64,000 nucleotides of DNA from Thecamonas trahens ATCC 50062. Taxonomy: Eukaryota > Protista > Apusomonadida. The notes under the pieces are model-generated. The model made no database searches. It was not told the origin of the DNA and saw nothing but the letters and a program-made list of their open reading frames with translations. The translations under genes were made by a program, and so were the position numbers. The stretch is taken from contig NW_013657673.1 in assembly GCF_000142905.1 (NCBI RefSeq), positions 1 through 64,000 of the forward strand, written 5' to 3'. Shown here in pieces: positions 1 through 11,703 of this stretch (positions are counted from its first letter, which is position 1; each line of letters starts with the position of its first letter).

Positions 1-409
1 GACCGCCGCCCGCCGCCGACCGACCACCGCCGGCACCACCGAGGGCAAGCTAGCCATCGACAGGGCATTGGAGGCGATGCATACGGATAGCCACATCAAT
101 GGCAATGGCTACCAGGCTGCTCTTCAACCCAATCCTCCCCTCCCTCCTCCGGCCTTGCCCGTCACAGCCCGCGCCGGCCTGCTCATCGCCCGCCGCCCCT
201 GCTGCCGATCACCGAGCCAGACGACGAAGCCACCGGGCTGGCCAAGACAAAGAATAACAAGAGAGGGCAAGGGCAAACGATATCCAATGCAGTGGTGGAC
301 TAGAGTGTAGTGGTCTGCCACCTCTTCCAATCCCAAGCCCTCGTCTCCATCGACGTCCATCTCAATCGAATCCCGTCCGTCCTCCTCGCCCCTGCCGCCC
401 AAGCCCCTC
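1..409. repeat. Direct repeat copy 1 (~410 bp, cut off by window edge and N gap) of 1516-1921
   Basis: 1-409 (gaccgccgcccgccgccgacc...aagcccctc) aligns colinearly with 1516-1921 with scattered substitutions and a small indel. Confidence 0.9.
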
Positions 410-1515
410 NNNNNNNNNNNNNNNNNNNNNNNNNNNNNNNNNNNNNNNNNNNNNNNNNNNNNNNNNNNNNNNNNNNNNNNNNNNNNNNNNNNNNNNNNNN
501 NNNNNNNNNTCCTCATCCAACTCGCCCACATCAATGCTCAAGCTCAATCTTCATACCCACCATCCTTCCGCCCGCCACGCCATCCACGTCATGACCCCCT
601 CATCCCCCCCTACCATACTCATTACCACCGATCACCACAAACGACCACCCCCACCCCCTACTCCACCACCATCACTTTTATTGCAGCCACAACTACTACC
701 CCCTTGCCTTGGCCATCCTCACCACCATCCCATCGCGCACTCCGCTTCCTCTTCCTCCTCATCCTCCTCCTCTCCCCGCTCCATCTCACCCGCATCGTCA
801 TCCCCGACTCCGACACCGGCATCTGTCAACCATCACAAGTCATACTGCCCAATCTCCCACCAACAGCAATCTCAAGCCACCCCACTCCAACCCAGCTCCC
901 TCTGTTGTCCTTGCCTCGACGGCCACCAGCCGCCAGCCGCCGCCCGCTCGCCCGATCAGCCCCACCTTCATCACCACCTAGCTCCCACCCACCACTAACT
1001 ATGCAACCCGCGACCACACTTCCGGCCATCACTCGCCCCAAACTAGCTTCAGTACGAGTATCGCTGTCATCGATATCCATTTGCCTCGGCTCATTTCCGC
1101 GTCGACTTGTTTTGCCTAGGCGGTTGAGCACGTCCTCGACCTCCCGACCCCGCACATGCCCCCCACCACACTCATTGCAAGATATGGCCAATCTGATTTC
1201 ACTACTGCCCTACTACACGCCCACACTACCCCTTGCACAATCTCCAATCCACAGCTGTAGTATTCCGGAATCCGAGTTTCGCCGGCTCAGGCCCAAGTTG
1301 TTGACCCTGTGTCCCTTCGAAGGTGCTCACCCCCCTGCCGCGTCCCCATCTCCGACCCCCACTCCCCACCATCTCCACCCACAACCACCACACCCACGCC
1401 ACACGTACTCACTATGCATGCAAACATAGCCACCCACTTCCTGCCCGCCGATACGCACATCAGCCGACGCCAACCCGTCAACAGCATCGCTGCCGGCCGC
1501 CTGCTGCTCGCCGCC

Positions 1516-1921
1516 GACCGCCGCCCGCCGCCGACCGACCACTGCCGGCACCACCGAGAGCAAGCTAGCCATCGACAGGGCATTGGAGACAATGCATGCG
1601 GATAGCCACATCAATGGCAATGACTATCAGTCTGCCCTCCAACCCAGTCCTCCCCTCCCTCCTCCGGCCTTGCCTATCACAGCCCCCGCCGGCCTGCTCA
1701 TCGCCCGCCGCCCCTGCTGCCGATCACCGAGCCAGACGACGAAGCCCGGACTGGCCAGGACGAGGAACAACAAGGGAGGGCAAGGGCAAGCGATAGCCAA
1801 TGCAGTGATGGGCTAGAGTGCAGTGGTCTGCCCTCTCTTCCAATCCCAAGCCATCGTCTCCATCGACGTCCATCTCAATCCAATCCGTCCGCCCTCCTCG
1901 CCCTCGCCGCCCAAGCCCCTC
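1516..1921. repeat. Direct repeat copy 2 of 1-409
   Basis: Same sequence as 1-409, offset ~1515 bp. Confidence 0.9.
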
Positions 1922-2219
1922 CACCCTCATCTTCCACACCCCACACACACCCATCAGCCGTATCATACTCACCTTCATCAAACTGGCCGAGAACAAGCCA
2001 CTCCTCCTCTCACTCTCCTCCTCAACCACATCCTCATCCCCGCCTCCCCTCAACCCCTGCACCCACTCCCATCGGCCTACCCATGCCTCAATCCCGATGA
2101 CTACGGGGGCACGACCCGATTCTACAACGCGCACGAGTCGCACTGGAGTGAGAGTGATGCACACCGCTCTGCCCACACTTGACGCCAACCCACACGCCCC
2201 GCACAGAAGCACGCTTGTG

Positions 2220-3122
2220 CATGCCCAACCCAGTAGCAGGTGACTTTGTGCTCGTCTCCCCGGTCCGGGCTGCTCTGCACAACTCGCCCGCGTTGACCAT
2301 GCTCTCTCGGCCTTGCAACACGGCGACTCGTCCTCGCCTTCCATCGGCATCACGTGGCTTGTCCCCATCGCGGAAGCCGTTGAGGGCGGCCTTGTGGACC
2401 ACGCAGAGTATCTGCGGTTCACAGAGCGTGCCCGGGCTGGTGTCTTTGAGCTCTCGTGCTATGTACTCACCGACATGACTGACGTCGTCGTGTCGCATCA
2501 GATCACTCGCATTGTCTCGGTCCCTCCGGTTCCGCGGGTCATCATCCACGAGGCCGGTGGCAGTGACAAGATCGTCGACCGTCTTGCAAAGGACGACTAC
2601 GTGTTGGCTGGCCACTGTTCGGTCGTCTCGCGCTCGTTCCGCCTGCTCTCTGACGACGAGATCAAGTCGGCCCGGCAATCGTCACGCCGAGCCACGTCCG
2701 CCGCGCGCCTCGCCGCCACCACCGCGCCCGTAGACTTTTCGCCCACCAAGCAATCGTCACTTCATTCGTACATCTCGCCCAATCCGTCTCGGGCGCCACA
2801 GCAGGGCCTCAAGTCGCAGACCTCGCCAGCGATCTCGTCGCCGCCGGTCTACTCGAAACTGTTCCAGACCTCCTATGCAAGCCAGCCAGCCACGTCCCGC
2901 AAGCGTCAGCTCGACTTACAGCCGCCTCGTGCACAGCAGCCCAAGTTTGCCCGCCTTCTCGATCAGCCTCCCGCCGGGAAGCGTGGCAAGCACATGGTCG
3001 ACGCCGCCAAGACCAAGCGCAAGCCGCGCAAGCGCTACGACCATCGCCGCAGCAATGCGCTTGTGCAGATCGCGCAGACTGGCAGCAAGCCGAACCGCAA
3101 CCGCTACTCCAGTCTTCGTTGA
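2220..3122 (+). CDS. Putative BAH-domain protein with basic low-complexity tail; 5' end unresolved; one homopolymer frameshift at ~2260
   Basis: Adding one C at ~2260 gives GDFVLVSP..QLARVD..IGITWLVP..YVLTDMTDVVVSHQITRIVSV..DDYVLAGHCSVVSRSF. This follows the BAH strand order (GDxVLV / ARI / VxWF / ELFLSD..IxG..V / FFCR). Confidence 0.55.
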
Positions 3123-3138
3123 TCCTTGCCGTCGCCGG

Positions 3139-3656
3139 CTACGGCATGAGCAGCTTGCGCCGCTTGGGATTCGCAGCCTCGCTCTCAGCCCCGTCGTCGC
3201 TGACGGCCGCCGCCCCTCGCCCTCGCCCGCATTCTCGCCCGCAGTAGACTTGGATAGAGGCTGCGGGTGGTGTGGAAAGTAGATCTTGCGTCGGATAACA
3301 CCCACAATTTCAAACGATGTCTCGGTCGCCAGCGTGCCCGTCCGCACACGCTTCATCGCCGCCAGCGGGTGCTTGAGCGTCACCACCGAGCCCTCCAGGA
3401 GATGGCTCCCGATGATCAGCGTAGCCGAGTTCTACCACACACCGTGCCGCCCAATCTCATGCATAAGTACTGCCTATCTCTCCTCTCCCTCTCCCTCTCT
3501 CCACACGCTGCCCTTGCCACCTACGTCGTCGTTGACGGTAAGCTTGCCGAGCCTCCGCGCCGAGTACTCGGTCACCCCGTCCAAAACGCCCTGCAACTCG
3601 ACCATGGTCCACTCTAGCGTCCCCGAGCCACCCGGCACACACACAGTCCACCGCAT
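3139..3656 (-). CDS. CTF8: Chromosome transmission fidelity protein 8 (Ctf18-RFC subunit); intron 3432-3524; probable frameshift ~3190
   Basis: Spliced product EWTMVELQG..LGKLTVNDD|NSATLIIGSHLLEGSVVTLKHPLA..FEIVGVIRRKIYFPHHPQP matches Ctf8. GT..AG intron is in phase 0. Adding one G gives the tail ..NPKRRKLLMP* at 3139; uncorrected, the ORF runs to 2916. Confidence 0.85.
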
Positions 3657-3836
3657 AGGCTCAAGCTTCTGGTGCGACGTGTGGTGTGAGCTCTGTGAAT
3701 CGTGACCCCGCCGCCGTCGTCTCGGGTAGAATCTTCACACTCGGTTGAGTCGGTGCCTGCTGCCGAGTCGGCCAGCTCAAACGCACCGTGACCTTACTTG
3801 GACCCTGGACGTCCACGCCTGTCTCTGCACCGAGCC

Positions 3837-4388
3837 ATGTCAACTCCGAGCGCAGCTGCCCTCACTTCGTCGCAGCTTGATGCCCTTCTAGAGTCCGCCA
3901 ACTTTCTTGCTGCTGGAGGGGAGACCTCGCTCTCCGCGCCCGAGCTTGTCGAGTACTACGGGCTACAGCAAGAGCCTGATCTGGTGTGGGGCGTCGACTG
4001 GAGCAAGCAGGATCTCGATCCTGTCCTTGTTGCTGCCACAGAGGCGTCTGCGACTGGCCCTGCTGATCCTACAGAGTCCGCCACCACCCCTCTTCGGTGC
4101 ACTGTGGCATCTGCGTCTCTCCGGGCCGACTCGATCAAGCTCGCCAACCTCCTGCCGCTCTCGCTCCGCCTTGTTGCTCCTGTCCCGGAAACTAATCGCG
4201 ATCCCTCGGCTGCTGCCTCGCCTCAGGTGCCTGCGCCGGTGGCTACTGCGCTTGCATCAAAAGCACTGGCCCCCGCTGATGATCTCCGCCGTCGCATCAA
4301 CGCGGCACGCATGCGCAAGCGCATGCAGCCCACTGCCCCGCCGCAGGCACCTCCATCCAAAAAGAGCAAGTCGCTGGCGAGCACATGA
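3837..4388 (+). CDS. Hypothetical protein (~183 aa)
   Basis: ATG at 3837, typical codon usage, fills the gap between neighbouring genes; no recognisable domain. Confidence 0.55.
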   Translation: MSTPSAAALTSSQLDALLESANFLAAGGETSLSAPELVEYYGLQQEPDLVWGVDWSKQDLDPVLVAATEASATGPADPTESATTPLRCTVASASLRADSIKLANLLPLSLRLVAPVPETNRDPSAAASPQVPAPVATALASKALAPADDLRRRINAARMRKRMQPTAPPQAPPSKKSKSLAST

Positions 4389-4415
4389 TCGCCCTCTCAT
4401 TCGTGTGTATTCGGC

Positions 4416-4448
4416 TCACTCGACATCCTCTTCTACGCCGCTGCCGTC

Positions 4449-4479
<31 letters not shown>

Positions 4480-5546
4480 TCCGTCTCCTCTCGGACGACA
4501 AACCACTCGCCACGCTGGATGTCGCGGAGCGCGACGAGGACGCCGACTGCCTCGCCGTCGTCATCCTCAGCCCACGCCACACCGCAGTTGCCATCCGGCG
4601 CATGCGGGAGCTCAGCCTCGGGCATGTCGCCTTCGGTGAAGAGCACAGTACCCTCCTCCACGTCGTCGGCGGCGTAAAGGCCGTCCTTGTTGGTCACAGG
4701 GCCGAGCTCGTCGTCGCTACCCTCGTCACCGCTGCTGCCTGGGCTGTGCTCCACAGCGTTGTCATCGAGAAACACATCGTGTGCCACAGAGAGCGACAGC
4801 TGGGTCCGCGGCAAATGAGTGCAATGCCACCACGAGACCGTGTCGACAACAAGCACGTCGCCCGCGCTACACGGGATGGTGTACACCACGCCGTCGCGCC
4901 GGATCCGCCACACCTTGATCCCTGCCAGCTGAATGTGCCATGTTGCATTGCAGTTGACCGAGTCAGTGTGCTCGCGCCGGCCCTGCAGCGGCTCATCATT
5001 GATGTTGCGGCCGGCAAAGACCCAGACGCATGGCGAGACATACATCGGCCGATCCGGGTCCGCCAGCGGGAGCACGGCCAACGGCAGCGCCGCGTCCACA
5101 CCTGCCACCAGCGCACGCGCGCCCTGGGCCACGTACGACGCGTACCACTGCTCACCGTCGTCGCCATTGCGCGATGCCGCCGCCCGTAGCTCTGCCAGGT
5201 CCTTGGGCGTGCCCTTGGTCGTCGACTCCATCGTCCACGTCTCGCCGATCTTGTCCTCATAACCGACGCAAGCCTCCAGAACCCGACCAGCAGCCTGGAT
5301 CTCGCCATCCGCGCTCAGAATCCCGGCTTCGACCGCTGCCCCGGGCAGAAAGGCCACGCCATGCTCTGCAAACACTCTCTCCCAGTTCGCCAGCGTCGTC
5401 CGGATGGGCAGCTCATCGAGGCCGCGACCACGGACAGCCCGCTCGGCCTCGCCACCACTTGCGCCGGCTTCGCCACCACCGTCATCCAGCCGCCGCTTCC
5501 GCCCGGTCCTCTCCCCGCCCTTGCGCAATGTCTCTACCTCCGCCAT
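4416..5546 (-). CDS. JmjC/cupin 2-oxoglutarate oxygenase-like protein with a C-terminal degenerate SET-like domain
   Basis: JmjC motifs EHTD..TWHIQLAGIKVW..GDVLVV..WWHCT. SET-like motifs GLYAADDVEEGTVL..LPHAPDGNC..LVALRDIQRGEW. Confidence 0.75.
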
Positions 5547-5696
5547 AGCCTCCTCTCGTCCACGTTCCGCCGCCCAAAGGTCGGGCCGAGTTGAGTCGTG
5601 CCGCGTCTGCAGGACGCCCGTCGCCGCAGTCAGTCGGCAACACTTGTCCGTCGCCTACACACACGCATTTATACCTCACACACGCGCGCCAGTCTC

Positions 5697-6805
5697 ATGA
5701 GTAGCGACGGTTCCGCACAGCCGCTGTTGGACCTCGCTGGGTTTCCGAGCCCACACGGTGCTGGAGCAGAGCGAGGCGATGCGCCACTGCCGCTTAACCC
5801 GCCGACGCCTGGGAAGAAGGCGAAGAAGGGCAAGGGCAAGGGCGGAAAGGGCACGGGCAAGGGCGGAAAGGGGAAGGCTGGAAAGAGCAAGGTTGATGCT
5901 GAGACTCGGCTCGGCTCGGCTGCACCATCGCCCGGCGCGAACACCGACGACGCCGATGATGATGTTGATGGTGATGATGATGATGATGATGACAATGCGG
6001 AGAACAGCGCGGGGGCAATGGCGAGAAAGACGGCGGCAAAGGTGGCGGTGGCGGCGGAAAGAAGAAGAAGAAGATCAAGAAGCTGAAGCGGCAGGTTGAG
6101 ATGCTCGAGGCGTCGGCGCTGGCGCTGGTGCTTGAGCTGGACAAGTCGGCGCAGCTGGAGGCGCTCGAGGAGGGCGTTAGGGTCAAGATGGAGGCGCTGC
6201 GGTTTGCTGTGACCGGTGACTCGAACCCGGTGGCTGGCCATGAGCTGCTCGGCGACGTTGCCAATGCGTCGGGTGGTGTCGGGACTGGCGCGTCGATCAA
6301 CGGCGACGACGGCGGAAGCCTGCTGGAAGGTATGGCTCCCGAGTTGGATGCGCTCGCGCAGCTGGAGGCAGCCAAGCAAGCAGCCAAGGACCAGAAGAAG
6401 CGTGAGAAGATGATACAGAAAGAGGAGCTCAAGGTGCTGGCCCGGATGAAGGAGCCGCGTACGCTGCTGGCCAACGAGCGGACGTTTCTGTCATGGGCGG
6501 CGTCGTCGCTGCGCCTCGGCGCCATCGGCACCGCACTCATTACCTTCTTTGGCCACACCGCTTTCGCCATGTTCCTCGGCTGTGCGCTGTGGACCATTGC
6601 AGTTGTCTACCTCGCGTACTCGATCCGCCGTTACCGGCAGCGCGCGCAGGCGCTGCTCACCGCCTCGGACGGGCCTTTCCTGGACGTAGCGGGGCCTGTC
6701 TCGTTTGTGGGCATCATCATTGTTGCCATTGTGCTCTACATCTCGTTCTTTGTCATTGCGGGGCCGCAGCCCAAGGTTCACTTTCAGTCTGCCAAGAGCA
6801 GTTGA
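5697..6805 (+). CDS. Vtc1-like (DUF202) membrane protein with charged N-terminal extension; frameshift ~6060
   Basis: EPRTLLANERTFLSW plus 3 TM helices is the VTC/DUF202 signature. The K-rich/D-rich ORF from ATG 5697 joins by adding one base at the AAA run ~6058-6060. Confidence 0.8.
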
Positions 6806-7369
6806 TTGCGCTTGTTTGCGAGAAGCCGCGCGCCGAAAACAGCCTGCTCCCCCTCCGCAACCTGTCTGGCTCGTCCGATGAAGATGGTGCGACGTTGGGT
6901 ACGCTCGTCAACACTGCCGACGAGAACTATGACCCCGCCCCGCCTCGTCGTTGCCGTCGCTGCTGCAGCCAGCAGCTGGCCCACAGTGAAACTGTCACGT
7001 ACGCCCGCCCACATCTTCCTCCCGACCAACAGCACTATACAGTTGGTTGAGGCGGCTCTTCGTCATCGCCACACACACAACGAATGCCTGGCAGCCTCGA
7101 ACTATTCTCCAAACAAGCAACTTTCACAGGCCATCGGGAGGGAGGGGGTACAGAAAACGCAGAGGGGAGCGAGACGCAGCGCAGAAAGTTGAAGATAATG
7201 GACAGCGCGAGCGCGCACTCGCCGTAAGGACATCGGCGACACAGGAGACAGGCCGCCCGCCGGCAACCGACAGAGGCCGGCGGAACGGAGAGCCAGAAAC
7301 AGTGATGAACGTCACCGCTGCAGACGTAGGTGAACCTGAGGCTGAAGCTGTTGTTGTCACAATGGTGGC

Positions 7370-7372
7370 TGC

Positions 7373-7420
<48 letters not shown>
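7370..7420. repeat. (GTT)n microsatellite
   Basis: Run of about 15 gtt units. Confidence 0.9.
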
Positions 7421-7442
7421 AGCTAGTGTCGTCGTCACTGCC

Positions 7443-8053
7443 TTACATCATCGAGAACTGGGCGACCTTGGACTGGAACGCCTGCATGCACGCATCCAAT
7501 GTGTTGGCAAACGACTCGCACTTGCGGGTGGCGGCATCAGGCGAGAGGCCCTCGTTGGCCTTCATGCACTCGGACATGGCCTCAAACTGCTGCGGGCAGG
7601 CGACCGACATCATGCACAGCGCCGACTGGATGGAGACCTCCTGGCACTGCTGCGGCATGGCCTCAAACTGCAACCACCGACACTCTCATTGTGAGCCATA
7701 CAGACATACACACACCGAGCCGCATGCTCTTCCACTGCGTACCCGCTCTACCCCACTCATCCCCTCGCTGTCCTCTTGCTATCCGCCTCCCAGGGGCTCT
7801 CCAGCCCCTCTCGGCTGCCCCACTCCGTCGCCTGCCAACGCGTCACCATCCAAACGTCACAACGCCGTCACCCGCTGCCCCTTCCTACAGCCTACACCCT
7901 AGCCTAGACACCCACACTGGGCCCACCACAGTCTACATAGACACATGCACGTACGTTCTGGCCGTAGCGCTGCTGGCACTGGGCGGCAATCTGGCCAACA
8001 GAGCCGCACCGGCGGCCGATCTCGTCGACTTGGGCAGAGGTAGTGGGATCCAT
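7443..8053 (-). CDS. Quadruple CX9C mitochondrial intermembrane-space protein (Mix14/CHCHD5-like); intron 7668-7954
   Basis: Exon 1 MDPTT..CGSVGQIAAQC..GQN|GTACG; exon 2 CAG|FEAMPQQCQEVSIQSALC..CPQQFEAMSEC..CESFANTLDAC; four CX9C motifs. Confidence 0.8.
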
Positions 8054-8344
8054 GTTGATTGGTTGTGAGCGTTGAAGTGGGGTGTCGCCCAATGCCAGCG
8101 TCAGCGGTAGAGCCGGAAGAGCCAGAGCCGCACACAGCCCCTGTGTGGCAGGGGGCAGGGTCAGGACCCGGTGCTTGATGAGTGGCCAGCATTGGCCAGT
8201 CCATGAACCAGCCCATGGCAAGGATGGCGAGCAGAGCTTTGCTCCGCAAGCATCGCCGCAGGCATCAGCAGCCGATGACAATCGCCGCAGCAATGAGCAA
8301 CAGACAAGGCGGCCGTGACGAAACGTACATGACACTCGCGTGAC

Positions 8345-9309
8345 GTGGGCGAGGCCGAGGTGCTCCGCCACTGCACCGCCGCCACCCCTCTCATGCCTCA
8401 CCGCAAGCGCAAGGCCAGGCCAATGCTGCCCACCCCGCAGGTGGGGCTCAACGTCAACGACATCATGCCGCACGGCCGCACCCCGCCTTCGCCGCACATT
8501 ACTCCGGTCGACCGCGACGACGCCGGCTCAGCTCCCGTGGCTCTCGCCTCTCGCATGCAGGCCCCGCCACACGCCCAGCCTGCAGCGAGTACCAATGGTA
8601 CTGGAGACAGCGGCCGGCCAGCGACTGTCGCTCGTCCGGGAAGCCAGCAGCACCCGCCGCTGCCCGCAAGCCACCCGTCTGCCGTCCCGGACACCCCGCC
8701 GTCGACGAGCTCCACTCCGCTCGGCGTCGATGCAAAGACGGGTCCGAGCAACGGCAAGCAGAGTCATGCCTTCCCGACCTCGCTCGTCTCATCGACCGTC
8801 CACGACAAGGAGGACACGCCGTCAGCTGTCGCCATCGCCTCGCCCATGATCGCCAAGCCCTCGACCCGGTTCTCCATCTCGCCGTCGGCTACCCTCCCTA
8901 CCTCGGTCATGCCGGCTGTGCCCTCCCTCCCTGCCGACAAGCACCAGCAGAACCAGAAGGGTCAGCAGAACCACGCCTCTCCGCACGCACCCGAGGCGGA
9001 CTCGGCCAAACCCCCGCGATAGACACCCCGCCGGCCAAGACCGCCCGCCACCCGACCGACGATCCGGCTCTGGTTGCTACGCCGGAGCCCGCCTCGGCCG
9101 CCGCCGCCACCACCACCGCCGGCCCTGCGGCAACCGCTGCCGCACCTCCGACAAGCACGCAAGCCGCCACCCCGCCGTCACCCTCGCCTGGCGACGATGC
9201 CGAGCCCGACTCGGCTCCGGCATCGGCCATGTCGACGCCGCCCGGCTCGTCGGCCGGCACCTCACGCCCGTCGCATGCTCCCGGCCACAGCGGCCTCGGC
9301 GCATCGGCC

Positions 9310-9344
<35 letters not shown>

Positions 9345-11680
9345 GAGCAGCAAGGCCGTCCGATTCAGCGTCGATGACGACTCGGACGATTCGGACGAGG
9401 AAGAGGCCGACTACTACAACCCGTTCAACAAGGAGCCGATTGTGCTCCCGCGCGTCGGCATGGGCCGCATGGAGCAGGTCCTCGACATGTCCATTGCTGA
9501 GCTGGCTTCATCGCCGCTGGTCTTCAACCGCGAGCTCTCCGAGCTTGACTTTTTCTGGCGCGTCCTCTATGAGGCCATGGACGAAAAGGCACCGCTCCTC
9601 GAGCGCATCAAGTTCCTCGCTATCACCTCGGGCAACATCGACGGATACGTCGGCAAGCGCGTCGGCAACTTGACCAAGGTCTACTCGGAGGAGCTGCAGA
9701 TGGCTGCTGACATGGGCGAGGGCTACCGCCCGCAACTGGTCTCCGTCTACGAGACCATCCACTCCATGACCGACGAAATGGGCGAGGTCTTCTCGTCAGT
9801 CACCACCCAGCTCACCGCCCACGGCGTTCATGTCCTCCGCATGGCCGAGCTCACGCCTGAGGAGCTCGAGCCGCTCCGCGAGGTCTTCGTCTACGACGTC
9901 GAGCCACTGCTCACCCCATCGCCGTTGACGCCCGCCACCCGTTCCCGGCAAACGTTCGCAACATGACCGTCAACCTCGCCGCGCTCCTTATGCCCAAGGG
10001 CAAGGGCTCGCTCCGCTTCGTCTACCTTCCGGTCCCTCTTGACCTCGGTCGGTGGATCCAGATCTCGTCGCCGCGCGGCCGCTTCTGCTACGTCCGCTCC
10101 GAGGATCTCATCCGCCACTTCCTCCCCACCATGTACCCGCTGCACAAGATCGTCGCCGCGCACGTCTTCCGCGTCACCCGCGACTTTTCATCGACGACCT
10201 CTCGCCCGACCCCGAGGACGTTCTCGAGCTCATGTCGTCGGGCATCGACATGCGCCGCTACGCTCAGGTCGTCCGCCTCGAAGTCACCCACGACGTCCAC
10301 CCGGACGTCATCGAAATGCTCTCCTTCCACCTCAACATCGAGCGCATCTCCATCTACTCGCTCAAGTTTGAGGAGCTCATCGGCCTCGCAGACATGATGT
10401 TCTTTGTCCGCCTCCCGCTCCCGGCCCTCAAGTACCGCCCGTGGCGGCCCATCCCGCACCCCTCGTTCCGCTCGCTCACACAGCTGACCAACGGCCGCCC
10501 GCGCCCACTCACCCCGGACATCGCCGCCTCGGTCTTTGATCTCGTCTCGGAGCAGGACATATACATCCAGTTCCCTTACGTCTCGTTCGAGTCAACCGTC
10601 CAAATCTTTGTCCAGTCGGCAGCCATCGACCCACAAGTCCTCTCCATCAAGATGACCCTCTACCGTCTCGCCTCGCAAGACGCCGTCGTCGACGCTCTCA
10701 TCAACGCCGTCGCCAACGGCAAGGAAGTCACCGTCATCGTCGAGCTCAAGGCATCATACGACGAGGCCCGCAACCTCGCCTACGCCACCGCTCTCGAGCA
10801 AGCCGGCGCCACCGTCTGCTACGGCCTGCAGGGCATGAAGACCCACGGAAAGATCATTCGCGTCGTCCGCTCGCAGCCCGACGGCCTCCGCACCTACTCG
10901 CTCGTCGCCACAGGCAACTTTAACTCGACCACCGCTCCGCTCTACATCGACATGGGCCTCCTCACCGCCCACCCGGAAATCGGCCACGAGCTCGGCCAGG
11001 TCTTCAACTACCTCACTTCGTACTGCGGCCGCGGCAAGTTCAAGAAGCTCCTCGTCTCGCCCTTCAACACCACCGCCACCTTTGTCAAGCTCATCAAGAA
11101 GGAGACCCGCAACGCAGAGGCCGGCAAGAAGGCTCTCATCATCGCCCGCCTCAATGGCCTCACAGACAAAACCATCACCGCCGCCCTGTACGAGGCCGCC
11201 GCTGCCGGCGTCAAGATCGAGCTCCTGGTCCGCGGCATGGCCCGCATCCGCCCGGGCATTCCCGGCAAGACCGAGAACGTCCGCGTCATGTCATACGTCG
11301 GCCGCTTCCTCGAGCACTCGCGCATCTACTACTTTTACAACGACGGTAAGCCGCGCTACTACCTCGGCTCCGCCGACTGGATGACCCGCAACCTCAAGTT
11401 CCGCATCGAGGTCCTCACCCCAGTCTACGACAAGAACATCCAGGCCTGCATCATGTCCGAGCTCCAGCTCTACCTCTCGCCCGAGCGCGCCAACGTGTGG
11501 GACATGCAACCCGATGGCCGCTACCAGCGCCGCCAGCCGCCGCGAACAACCACAAACCGCATGGGCGTCTGGGGCATCATGATGGACTCGGTCGAGGTCC
11601 TCGACGCAGGCATCCAGACCTCGCATCTGCACAAGTTCCGCTCACAGCGCAAGTGGGACGCCACCCCGGTCGCTCCGTGA
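8345..11680 (+). CDS. ppk1: Polyphosphate kinase 1 (bacterial type) with long low-complexity N-terminus; frameshifts ~9012, ~9916, ~10187; start uncertain
   Basis: FNRELS..PLLERIKFLAI, TPIAVD..HPFP, IKMTLYR, VELKASYDE, KTHGK (phospho-His), TGNFN, GRFLEHSR, GSADWMTRNL..RIEV. Confidence 0.93.
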
Positions 11681-11703
11681 TCTCCCTCCCGCCCTCCCGC
11701 GTC

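Noticed and set aside
2916-3122. Convergent coding overlap between Ctf8 and the BAH gene
   Set aside because: It disappears if one G is restored at ~3190, which ends Ctf8 at 3139 with an NLS-like PKRRK.
8345-11680. Bacterial contamination explaining ppk1
   Set aside because: It is contiguous with intron-containing eukaryotic genes and has the same codon style and a eukaryote-like low-complexity extension.
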